Assembly (NCBI GenBank): GCA_965217585.1 | Contig: OZ244561.1 | Coordinates: forward strand, 3,424,001 to 3,488,000 | Source of the DNA: Candidatus Latescibacterota bacterium | GTDB taxonomy: Bacteria; Latescibacterota; UBA2968; UBA8231 | Length of the DNA: 64,000 nucleotides | Direction: 5' to 3' | Part shown: positions 17,895 through 26,152 of the stretch, in pieces | Position numbering within the stretch: the first letter of the stretch is position 1 | Layout of the letters: every line of letters starts with the position of its first letter | Position numbers and translations under genes: made by a program | Notes under the pieces: model-generated | Told to the model about the DNA's origin: nothing | Database searches by the model: none | Seen by the model: only the letters and a program-made list of their open reading frames with translations

Positions 17895-18725
17895 CTACCG
17901 CCCTTCTGAGAACACAAGAAGTTCTGCGCCAAGCAGAATACGCGCTATCGCTTGGGCCTTTCCCACAGGGTCGAGGTCAAGTTCACTGAAATAATCCCGC
18001 GGCCCTTCCAAGACGTGTATCACCTGCTCAGTAAAGTGCGTTAGCTGTGCCTCAATCGACGTCCCTGCTTCGATGTTTAAGGGCTGGGCAGGCGGCTCTT
18101 TCAAAATTAATCCCTCTACTCCATCTAAGTCCGGTTCCTGTAATTGCCGATGAGGAGGCTCAAACCCATGCTCGGTTATCTCTCCCCAATTAGACGGACT
18201 GCCGATTTTAATAGGATCCGAGAACAATACTTCTCCAGTACCATCTTTGTTGAATACAAAGTTATGGTTGTCCCGGTCGGGAAGTTCGATCTCAGAGGGC
18301 TTTACACGCTGGACTCGACTATGTAAGGTGCGCATTTTGAAGCAATCATCGAGGGTTTTTCGCCGATAAAACCGAGGGGCGACATACTCGACGCGCGTGT
18401 TGTAGCGCATCTCAAGATCACACAGCAGATTGTGTTGCTCGCTCTTCTTTTCCCCGTAGATCAGGAACCTGTAATATGGCAAGGGGTACCCTCGTACCGC
18501 CTCCCGGGCATTGGGCCTTTCCATATACTCCGATAGTTTGAATTGTGCGCAGTAGATGAAGCCCCCGACCCTGTCCAAGCGGACATCGTAGCCGACACCT
18601 TCCTTTCCTCCTTCCTCGGCCAGACTCGGTAGCCTGGGAGACTGTATGAGGTTTCTCTTCCACTTAGTTGCAACTTCAAACGTGTATGCGAATCCAAAGC
18701 TGAACTCCGAAAATTGTGCCTTCAT
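17895..18725 (-). CDS. Uncharacterised restriction-endonuclease-fold protein
   Basis: SEFSFGF...GYDVRL...CAQFKLSE, a D-x(n)-QxK variant of PD-(D/E)XK; GGAG RBS. Confidence 0.6.
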   Translation of the reverse strand: MKAQFSEFSFGFAYTFEVATKWKRNLIQSPRLPSLAEEGGKEGVGYDVRLDRVGGFIYCAQFKLSEYMERPNAREAVRGYPLPYYRFLIYGEKKSEQHNLLCDLEMRYNTRVEYVAPRFYRRKTLDDCFKMRTLHSRVQRVKPSEIELPDRDNHNFVFNKDGTGEVLFSDPIKIGSPSNWGEITEHGFEPPHRQLQEPDLDGVEGLILKEPPAQPLNIEAGTSIEAQLTHFTEQVIHVLEGPRDYFSELDLDPVGKAQAIARILLGAELLVFSEGR

Positions 18726-18839
18726 CCGTTTTCTCCTTCAGTTGTAATGGGCAAAGGGCGCATTATTGGCAGGAGTTGACGGCCACGCCGCCGGTATCGT
18801 ATCTTCGCGGTACATGGAGGATTGAGAGGATGATTGAAC

Positions 18840-19016
18840 ATGACCGAATTAAGTGACCGTGTCTCGCGGCTAGAAGGGGCATACGAACACCTAGCCACCA
18901 AAGCCGATATAGGCGAAGTCAAAACCGAGATTGCCAGCCAAATAAACAAGGCTATCGGCATACTAATCGCCGCTATTGTCGCGGTGGCGGCGCTTTTCAA
19001 ATACCTCCCCGGCTAG
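18840..19016 (+). CDS. Small DUF1640/CCDC90-like coiled-coil membrane protein
   Basis: LATKADI motif plus C-terminal TM helix; upstream TTGACG-N18-TATCTT. Confidence 0.7.
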   Translation: MTELSDRVSRLEGAYEHLATKADIGEVKTEIASQINKAIGILIAAIVAVAALFKYLPG

Positions 19017-19205
19017 GATCTCGGCGGTCGTTTATCACACGCCATACTCCCGATAACGCCGTGTATCGCTAGTAAGTCGGCCTATTTTTGGCGGCGATCG
19101 CCGCGGCCGTGTTTGGTTTTCGGCCATTTCGGAACTGCGAAAAGGGCAGATTTAGGCCAAATCAGCCGATCCCGTCTTAAGCTACAACGGGCTGTTGATT
19201 TAGAC

Positions 19206-19241
19206 GCGACCAGCGGCCAGCAGCCGTCGAGACGGCACAGG
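19206..19241. repeat. Intergenic repeat R, copy 4
   Basis: GCGACCAGCGGCCAGCAGCCGTCGAGACGGCACAGG. Confidence 0.8.
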
Positions 19242-19257
19242 TTGGTCTCGGTCATGG

Positions 19258-19458
19258 TCAGAAGTGAATGATCGTCAACAGTCGAGGACTTGGCATACGG
19301 AGCAAGAGGGTCTTGGTTGTCTTCGGCCACGCGACATCCGGCCTCGAATCCCGATCCCGCACCTTGTGCTGATACTCAAGGGCTACCCCCTGTCTCAAGG
19401 ACACGCTCACGTTCTTCAGCGGTCGCCAGAGTGCGCCCACGCCCATCGCTACGCCCGC
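19258..19458 (-). pseudogene. C-terminal fragment of a paralog of the 14748-15320 beta-barrel protein
   Basis: GVGALWRPLKNVSVSLRQG...MPSPRLLTIIHF aligns with GFGVLWRPVNRVGIALRQG...IPSPRLIVLVGF. Confidence 0.8.
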
Positions 19459-19610
19459 ATATCCTCTTCTCCGAACACAAAATCCTCTTCTTCCAGCGGC
19501 TCTTCTATCAGGTCTTCCACCAGCGGTTCCGGGCAGTTGGGATACGATTTAACGACGCGGATCTCGCAGCCGGTGGCCAAAAGCAACAAAGCTAGCAGTA
19601 TGCCTAACAT
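19449..19610 (-). CDS. 53-aa acidic lipoprotein MLGILLALLLLATGCEIRVVKSYPNCPEPLVEDLIEEPLEEEDFVFGEEDMRA
   Basis: Below the ORF-track cutoff; lipobox-like LATGC; GGAGG RBS; overlaps the stop of the LptE-like gene. Confidence 0.7.
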   Translation of the reverse strand: MLGILLALLLLATGCEIRVVKSYPNCPEPLVEDLIEEPLEEEDFVFGEEDMRA

Positions 19611-20089
19611 CCTCCTCCCACACGATCTATGAGTTCTCGTACCACCATTCTCACAGCCTTGCCCACCGCTTTGTCCCGCTCGTCGTCGTCATACGTTCCC
19701 CTCCCTATCGACTCGTATTGCCTCAGCAGCACCGCCCCCTCGAAGGATTTTATCTCGACGGAGACCACCATAGAGAACTGGTATTGCCCCAGTACTCTAC
19801 CCCGGGTGTGGACGCGATCATCAACGGAGAGGATGTCGAGATAGAGGATGGCGTCGGCCCCTCCCTCGTCGGCCAAGCGCAACTGCCCGTCCTCTCGGAA
19901 CGCCACGACTGTGGCTCGGATCAGGCTATCGGCAGCGGCGTATTCTGCCGTCTGGTTGCCCACAAAGGGGATGGCGATGGTGTCGATGCCGCCGCCTAAG
20001 ACGCCTCTGTAGGGCCCGTGGTAGCAGCCGATGGCCAGCAGCAAAAGGGTCAGCAGCAGTCTATAACGACTACCACTTGATTTAGCCAT
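19604..20089 (-). CDS. LptE-like (LPS assembly) lipoprotein
   Basis: Lipobox-like LAIGC; IDTIAIPFVGNQT and ADAILYLDI segments; GGAGG RBS. Confidence 0.75.
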   Translation of the reverse strand: MAKSSGSRYRLLLTLLLLAIGCYHGPYRGVLGGGIDTIAIPFVGNQTAEYAAADSLIRATVVAFREDGQLRLADEGGADAILYLDILSVDDRVHTRGRVLGQYQFSMVVSVEIKSFEGAVLLRQYESIGRGTYDDDERDKAVGKAVRMVVRELIDRVGGGC

Positions 20090-20096
20090 TTTCTCA

Positions 20097-20226
20097 CCTC
20101 CTCCCTTGTAGTGATTCACCGCCTCACAGTAATACCATACGTGCAACCAAGTATTTCTTTCTGGCGGTGTACTACTTAAACACTTCCAGCGGGGCGGGGT
20201 GTTACCTGTGCAGTGGATTTTTGTCG
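20097..20226 (-). repeat. Leader repeat copy B
   Basis: Near-identical to 15321-15428 plus a 22-bp insert ACGTGCAACCAAGTATTTCTTT. Confidence 0.9.
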
Positions 20227-20618
20227 TTTCCCCCACGGGGAAATTTATGCAGGCCGTCAGGAATCTTGGACCACGGGACTGCCATTTCGGTCCAGATCTC
20301 TCGGGTGGGTCGCAGATCTTCAGAATGGTCTAGGGTGCCCGCCTTGATAAACACCAAGTCGGGGTAACGTGTGAACAATTGCGAGCCACACTCTGGACAG
20401 AATTCGCGAATCTTTGTGCGGCCTTCGTCATTCGTAGATTCGTATCCCTTGGTTTTACCGCTCAGTTGAAATGTGGACGCTGGTACGCCAACTCCAACGT
20501 TGAAAGCGCTGCCCGTAACCCTACGGCAGTCGTCACAGTGGCAATAGGTCACAGATTGGGGCTCTGAGTCGCTTGTATAGCTGACCGCCCCGCAAAGACA
20601 TCGACCTGTTAGCGGCAT
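20202..20618 (-). CDS. GFA family (glutathione-dependent formaldehyde-activating/CENP-V) protein
   Basis: GRCLCG, CHCDDCR and FCPECGS Zn motifs. Confidence 0.9.
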   Translation of the reverse strand: MPLTGRCLCGAVSYTSDSEPQSVTYCHCDDCRRVTGSAFNVGVGVPASTFQLSGKTKGYESTNDEGRTKIREFCPECGSQLFTRYPDLVFIKAGTLDHSEDLRPTREIWTEMAVPWSKIPDGLHKFPRGGNDKNPLHR

Positions 20619-20697
20619 TGGTAATCCTTTCCAGATAAATGAGTGTGCCGATTGTGGCAAATGTGTTCAATTCACAACGTTTGCTGATCTACAAGCT

Positions 20698-21350
20698 TTA
20701 TCTTTTGACAGCGAAGAAAAATGGATGAACCTCCTCCGGCGCATCAACATTTCCAAATCCTCCTCCTACGATACCTCCCTGTTCAACCTGAAACCCAGTC
20801 TCGGTAAGAAATTTCTTGTAGGTCGGGGGGCCAAAGTTGCTCCAGTACATGGTCTCGCCGAAGAAGTCATCTTCAGTATATCCAGGCCCGTCGTCTTTCC
20901 TAGCAATCGTAAACAGAAGTAGACCACCGGGCCGAAGCCACTGTGCAAATCGACGAAAGAGGTTCAGATGCTCCTGTCTTGGGATATGGAAGATGGCGTA
21001 AAAGCTGACAATTGCATCAAAGCTACATGCGGGGAATTCGGTCTCCATTACGTCGGCGATGATGAATTTGGCTGTGGGGACGTTTTCCTTAGCTAGAGCT
21101 ATCATGTTTGAGGAGATGTCGATCCCGGTGGGGCTGAATGTCTCTGCAAGATGTTGGGCGACCGGGATACCAGCACCACATCCACGTCGAGAACCTTTGA
21201 ACTAGGAGCCAGACGCTCAGTTATCAAGTTGAGCTCCGCTCCAGGCGTAGTACGTTTTTGCCCCGAGTAATCCATCGCACACCGGTTATAGGCGGTTCTT
21301 ACCAACTCCCGATAATCGGCGTCCGGATCGTCAGCAATCTTGAATGGCAT
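20698..21350 (-). pseudogene. Class I SAM methyltransferase split by a 1-bp frameshift near 21184
   Basis: Restoring one base gives VLDVGCGAGIPVAQHLA...GIDISSNMIALAKEN. Confidence 0.85.
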
Positions 21351-21438
21351 GGGTTTCTATCCTAAATCACTTCACGTGTTACGGATGATTCGAAAAGCGG
21401 TGCGAACAGTGCTATTAAATGCTGGAGCCACCTAACGC

Positions 21439-21912
21439 TCATGCTCCTACGGCGACAGGCTTATCTGGCGGTCCGTTCTTGGATATACTCTCAAGCAGAC
21501 AATGAAGATTGCGAGGAGCGAACTTCTCTGCGGACCTAGCGATGGCGTCGATTGACCACCAATGAAACCCGCGGAACGCCGATGCCTCGCCAGGAGCCGC
21601 CTCCACGTCTATTACTGGATCAAATTGGTCTGCTTGTACGAGATAATAGACTTCATTTTGGCTATAGCTTCGACCGTTCCAAGAGAATTCGTGTTTTCTG
21701 GTCCATACGGGTGGTCCCAGACGAAAATTCCTAGCGCCAGTCTCTTCGGCGATTTCTCGCCGTAGTCCTTCTTCATCAGATTCACCGGGTTCCAAGCCTC
21801 CGCCGGGCGTAATCCAAACCTGAAATCCTGTGACAGGCTCTTGGAGCTTCATCAGCAGTACTCGATGATCCGGCGTCATAATGACCGCGCGTACAGCCTT
21901 GCGTTGAATCAT
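21439..21912 (-). CDS. NUDIX hydrolase
   Basis: Nudix box GGGLEPGESDEEGLRREIAEETG. Confidence 0.92.
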   Translation of the reverse strand: MIQRKAVRAVIMTPDHRVLLMKLQEPVTGFQVWITPGGGLEPGESDEEGLRREIAEETGARNFRLGPPVWTRKHEFSWNGRSYSQNEVYYLVQADQFDPVIDVEAAPGEASAFRGFHWWSIDAIARSAEKFAPRNLHCLLESISKNGPPDKPVAVGA

Positions 21913-22167
21913 AGGTGTGTCTGTTCGATGGTTAATGGCCGTTATCTGACGCGAAGGTACTTACTCGTGTGAACAGTTGCAATTGGTACCACGGGGCTGA
22001 AATATTCTGCGTTCGCCTACTCAGCAGCGAAGGCGGCACGAGCGTAGGACAGACGCCTCAGATCGCCCCGCGACCCGCCTCCGAGCGGTCTGGCGCATGG
22101 GTTCCTTTTTCCTTTTCTTGCCCATTTCACTCCGCTGTATAGAAGCTATCAACAAAGGATTCTCCCT

Positions 22168-23187
22168 ATGCCCGCAAACAATCGCCCGGTGCGCGTCGGC
22201 ATCTATGGCACCGGCCGTTTCGCCAACCAAACTCACCTGCCTAACCTGAGTAAGCTAGACGATGTCGAACTGGTCGCTGCGAGTGATCCCAATCCGGACA
22301 ATCTCGCCGACACCGCGCAAAAATACTCCATCACCCGCACCTATGCGGACCCTCACCAAATGCTCGCGGAGGAGCAACTCGACGCACTCTACTCGATCGT
22401 GCCGGCTTTTGCGCGCACCGATGTGGAAGCCACGGCCGCAGCGCAGGGCATCCACCTCTTCAGCGAGAAACCGCAAGCGACTATCATGGCTGTTGCGCGG
22501 CGCATTGCCGATGCGGTCGCCGAGGGCGGCGCGATCTCAACGGTCTGTTTCCGCGAGCGCTACCGCCCGCTCTTTCAGGAGGCTCGCCGCCTGCTCGCGG
22601 ATAAGGCCGTCACCCACATTTGCTTCCAGAGCACGGCCGGCCTGCCCCTGCTCGAAGCCGAGGTCCCCGACCCGGACAGTTGGGACTATCAGATGGACAA
22701 GGCCGGCGGCTCGGCCTTCGACTGGGGGGTTCACGCCGTTGACTATGCGCGCTTTATGAGCGGCCTCGACATTACCCAAGCCCAAGCGTTTTACTACCAT
22801 CCCCCTCGGTATAACACGCCGCTGTCGTGTTCGTTTAATTTTTTGTTGGCAAACGGGGCGACCATGACCTCGACGTTCCTCGCCACCACGCCCGCCACCC
22901 CGGGCGACGAGCCGCGCTTCACCGTTTTTTACGAGGGAGGATACTTGGCGCTGTGGCTGTACGACCGGATTGAGGTCAATGGCGAGGTCGTGTACGCGCC
23001 GGAGGAATTCGACCCGTGGTTTGAGCAAGATCGCGTCTTCATTGAGGCCGTGCGCACCGGCAACCGCGCCCTGCTGCTCAACGACTATGCCGACGGCCTC
23101 TATTCGCTAGCCCCGGTACTGGCGGGGTGGGAGTCGGCGCGGCGCGGCGGCGAATTGATTGCTGTGGCCGAAGTTATGGCGAGCTGA
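22168..23187 (+). CDS. Gfo/Idh/MocA family oxidoreductase
   Basis: GIYGTGRFA, HLFSEKP, DWGVHAVD. Confidence 0.9.
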   Translation: MPANNRPVRVGIYGTGRFANQTHLPNLSKLDDVELVAASDPNPDNLADTAQKYSITRTYADPHQMLAEEQLDALYSIVPAFARTDVEATAAAQGIHLFSEKPQATIMAVARRIADAVAEGGAISTVCFRERYRPLFQEARRLLADKAVTHICFQSTAGLPLLEAEVPDPDSWDYQMDKAGGSAFDWGVHAVDYARFMSGLDITQAQAFYYHPPRYNTPLSCSFNFLLANGATMTSTFLATTPATPGDEPRFTVFYEGGYLALWLYDRIEVNGEVVYAPEEFDPWFEQDRVFIEAVRTGNRALLLNDYADGLYSLAPVLAGWESARRGGELIAVAEVMAS

Positions 23188-23189
23188 GC

Positions 23190-24581
23190 GTGGGCCGCAT
23201 CGCTAGGCGGTGGGGGGCCGCAGGCGGGTACCGGGAGTTTTTGGGGCTTGCTCTGCCGCTGATTCTGAGCACGGCTAGCTGGAGCATCCAGCACTTTGTC
23301 GATCGGGTCTTTCTCTCTTGGTATTCGACGGAGGCGTTGGCGGCCGCGCTGCCGGCGGGCATGGCCAACTTTACCTTCATCAGCCTCTTCATGGGCACGG
23401 CCCAATACGCCAACACGTTTGTCGCCCAATACATGGGTGCGCGGCGGCTGACGCGCGTGGGGCCGGCCGTGTGGCAAGGGGCGTACGTGGCTTTGTTCGG
23501 CGGCCTCTTGGCCTTGCTGCCGGCCGCCTTTGCCGGCGAGCTCTTCGCATTCATCGGCCACGACCCGGACATCCGCGCCGCTGAAACTCAGTACTTCCGC
23601 ATCCTTTGCTACGGCACCGGGCCGCAAGTCTTGTCCACGGCCTTCTCGTGTTTTTTCAGCGGGCGGGGCCAGACGTGGGTGGTGCTGGCGGTCAACGCCG
23701 TGGCCATCAGCGTCAACATCATCTGCGACTACGCCTTGATATTCGGGCACTGGGGACTGCCTGAGCTGGGGATCGTCGGGGCGGCGTGGGCCACCAATAT
23801 CGGCTTGGTGGTCTCGGCCCTGTGTTTCGCGGTGCTGTTTTTGGGGCCGCGCTATCGCAGCGAGTACGCCACCTTGCGCGGCTGGAAGCCCGACCTCAAG
23901 TTGCTGCGGCGCCTGTTGCGCTTTGGCGGCCCCAACGGCGTCAACTTCATGCTCGACATTATGGCCTTTACGTTCTTTTTGTTTATCGTGGGCCGCTTGG
24001 GGCCGATCCCACTGGCGGCGACGAACTTGGCCTTTCACATCAATAGCCTCGCCTTTATGCCGCTCATTGGTTGCAGCATTGCCGTATCGACGATGGTCGG
24101 CCAGCGCTTGGGGCGCGATCAACCCGAAGCCGCCGAGTACTGCACGTGGACGGGCTTGCATTTGGCCATGCTGTACATGGGGACGATGTCCTTGGGTTAC
24201 ATCGTGGTGCCGGAGTTTTTCCTTGCGCCCTTTGGCGCAAACAGGGACGCCAACTTTGCGGCCGCGCATCAGATCGCCGTGGTCTTGCTGCGCTTCGTGG
24301 CCCTGTACGGCGTCTCCGACGTCGCCTATATGGTCTTCACGGCGACCCTTAAAGGCGCAGGCGACACCCGCTTCGTCATGTGGATTTCGATCTCGCTGGC
24401 TTGGGTGCTCATGGTCGTGCCGTCTTTCGTCGCCTTAACTTATTTCGACGGAGGACTGTACCTGATATGGAGCTTTGCCTGTGCGTATATATGCGTCCAA
24501 GGCGTGGCTTTCTACTTGCGCTTTCGCACGGGCCGCTGGAAGAGTATGCGGGTTATTGAGCGGGCCGATGAGCGTGGGTGA
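23190..24581 (+). CDS. MATE family efflux transporter
   Basis: About 12 TM; LALPLILS, LPELGIVGAAWAT, LKGAGDTR. Confidence 0.9.
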   Translation: MGRIARRWGAAGGYREFLGLALPLILSTASWSIQHFVDRVFLSWYSTEALAAALPAGMANFTFISLFMGTAQYANTFVAQYMGARRLTRVGPAVWQGAYVALFGGLLALLPAAFAGELFAFIGHDPDIRAAETQYFRILCYGTGPQVLSTAFSCFFSGRGQTWVVLAVNAVAISVNIICDYALIFGHWGLPELGIVGAAWATNIGLVVSALCFAVLFLGPRYRSEYATLRGWKPDLKLLRRLLRFGGPNGVNFMLDIMAFTFFLFIVGRLGPIPLAATNLAFHINSLAFMPLIGCSIAVSTMVGQRLGRDQPEAAEYCTWTGLHLAMLYMGTMSLGYIVVPEFFLAPFGANRDANFAAAHQIAVVLLRFVALYGVSDVAYMVFTATLKGAGDTRFVMWISISLAWVLMVVPSFVALTYFDGGLYLIWSFACAYICVQGVAFYLRFRTGRWKSMRVIERADERG

Positions 24582-24591
24582 GGTGGGGTGC

Positions 24592-25578
24592 CTACAGCGG
24601 CTTGGCTACGGCTAAACCCGTCCCAACTGCTGAGACGCGATTCCATCCCGATCCTCTGAGACCAGCATAGATCATGTAAAAGCTCCCATTCATCGCGAAC
24701 ACCTGTGGGGTCAGGAGGCCATCGCGATCCCAGGCATCGGCATCGGTCGCAGGCGTGAAGATTGGATTGTGTGGGTTGGGCTCGAAGGTGCGGAAGTCGC
24801 GCGTGCGGACATGTCCAATGGCCCAAACCTCACCGTCATAGCCCCCGTAGAACAGATGGAAGTAGCTCGGCCCTTTGAGGATTTCGGCTTCGCGCACTCC
24901 ATAGCGATCCCACGCCTGCCCCGATCCGCTGAACACGGGATTGGCGGGATTTTTGGTGACCTGCGCTGGGTTGCTGGTTGGTGCGGTGGCGTGACAGATG
25001 GTCGGCACGTTGTAGAGGATATCGCGCCGTGCAGGAGGCGCTGGCGATTCGCCGGTATAGACCATGTGAATGACATCGCCCGACACGGCCACCGACGGAT
25101 GGGAAGCGCCGTGTTGCTCGTGCGCGCCGCCGACGGCAACTACTGGTGCATCGCCAATCCGCGTCCACGCCCCAAAATCGCCGTCGCTGACCAGCAAGCC
25201 GGTCTGTTTGCGGCGGGGCTTGCTCTTGCCTTGGCTGCCGAGATAATAGGCGTAGTAGCGCTGGTCGGCGGGATTCCAGAACGGGAAGGGATATTCCACG
25301 CCTTGGTTGTCAAAGCCGTCTGCGGAAGGTCTCAGTATGGGATTGCGCCGGTCGTGCGTCGCCGCCGTAGGATCGGCGACTGGCGCGGAGCTGTGCATGT
25401 GTACCCAGCTACCGTCCCCTCCCTTTTTGGCCCATAGACAGTGCACGGTGTCGCCCACGACGATGGCGTGACTGGCTGCCGCCCACGCGGGCGGCTCGTA
25501 GTATAGCAGTGGCTTCTTTGCGGTGAGCCGCTCGAAGCGGGCGAATGTTGTAAATGGGATTGGGTCGTCGGTATTCAT
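24592..25578 (-). CDS. Five-bladed beta-propeller glycoside hydrolase-like protein (GH32/43/130-like)
   Basis: Repeated NP(I/V)(L/F) and WD blades. Confidence 0.65.
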   Translation of the reverse strand: MNTDDPIPFTTFARFERLTAKKPLLYYEPPAWAAASHAIVVGDTVHCLWAKKGGDGSWVHMHSSAPVADPTAATHDRRNPILRPSADGFDNQGVEYPFPFWNPADQRYYAYYLGSQGKSKPRRKQTGLLVSDGDFGAWTRIGDAPVVAVGGAHEQHGASHPSVAVSGDVIHMVYTGESPAPPARRDILYNVPTICHATAPTSNPAQVTKNPANPVFSGSGQAWDRYGVREAEILKGPSYFHLFYGGYDGEVWAIGHVRTRDFRTFEPNPHNPIFTPATDADAWDRDGLLTPQVFAMNGSFYMIYAGLRGSGWNRVSAVGTGLAVAKPL

Positions 25579-25619
25579 AATGCCTGTAGGTGATCCCCAA
25601 TTCGTCCTAAGCTGAATAG

Positions 25620-26150
25620 TTACCTATTCAGCACCTTCTCCTGAAACCGCTCGTACGCATCATATACGTCCTCTGGATCGGGAACAACCGGCATTGTGCG
25701 AATCCGACCGTGTGCATACCAATTCCGAAACCCGAAGTATCCTTTGGTCACCGAGCAAACCCTCCGAAACGCCTCGTCGATGTCGCTGAAACAGTCTCGT
25801 AACTTGTCGAAGATCCGCTCAAGGGGAATCCGCCTACACGCCTGAGTAGCCTGCTTGCCAACTTGACGAGTCTCACGGCGATATTCCTTACACAGATCGC
25901 GATACGCTCTGCTTACTCTATCGCGCTTTTTTCGTTTTAGAGATACGAGAAAATCCTCTCGGATACCTGCCTCCAAGAGCGTGAGGAGCTTGAACGCGTA
26001 GTCCTTGCGTATCTCCTCAAGCAGGTCGGCACGTAACTCGTCGCGCTCTGTCGGTGTGAAGGATTCGAAATGTTCGTCGCCGAGGTCGCGCACATTTTGT
26101 TGGAGCAAGACGTACCATTCGAGAAGCGAATCACAAGTGAACTCGCGCAT
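25620..26150 (-). CDS. Hypothetical protein with HEPN-type RxxxxH motif (RNWYAHG)
   Basis: Helical, charged sequence; LLEA upstream motif and FRNWYAHG near the C-terminus. Confidence 0.65.
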   Translation of the reverse strand: MREFTCDSLLEWYVLLQQNVRDLGDEHFESFTPTERDELRADLLEEIRKDYAFKLLTLLEAGIREDFLVSLKRKKRDRVSRAYRDLCKEYRRETRQVGKQATQACRRIPLERIFDKLRDCFSDIDEAFRRVCSVTKGYFGFRNWYAHGRIRTMPVVPDPEDVYDAYERFQEKVLNR

Positions 26151-26152
26151 TT

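Noticed and set aside
14039-20226. Possible CRISPR array or canonical integron
   Set aside because: Repeats are separated by whole genes and are degenerate; no cas genes, no intI and no complete attC hairpins were recognised
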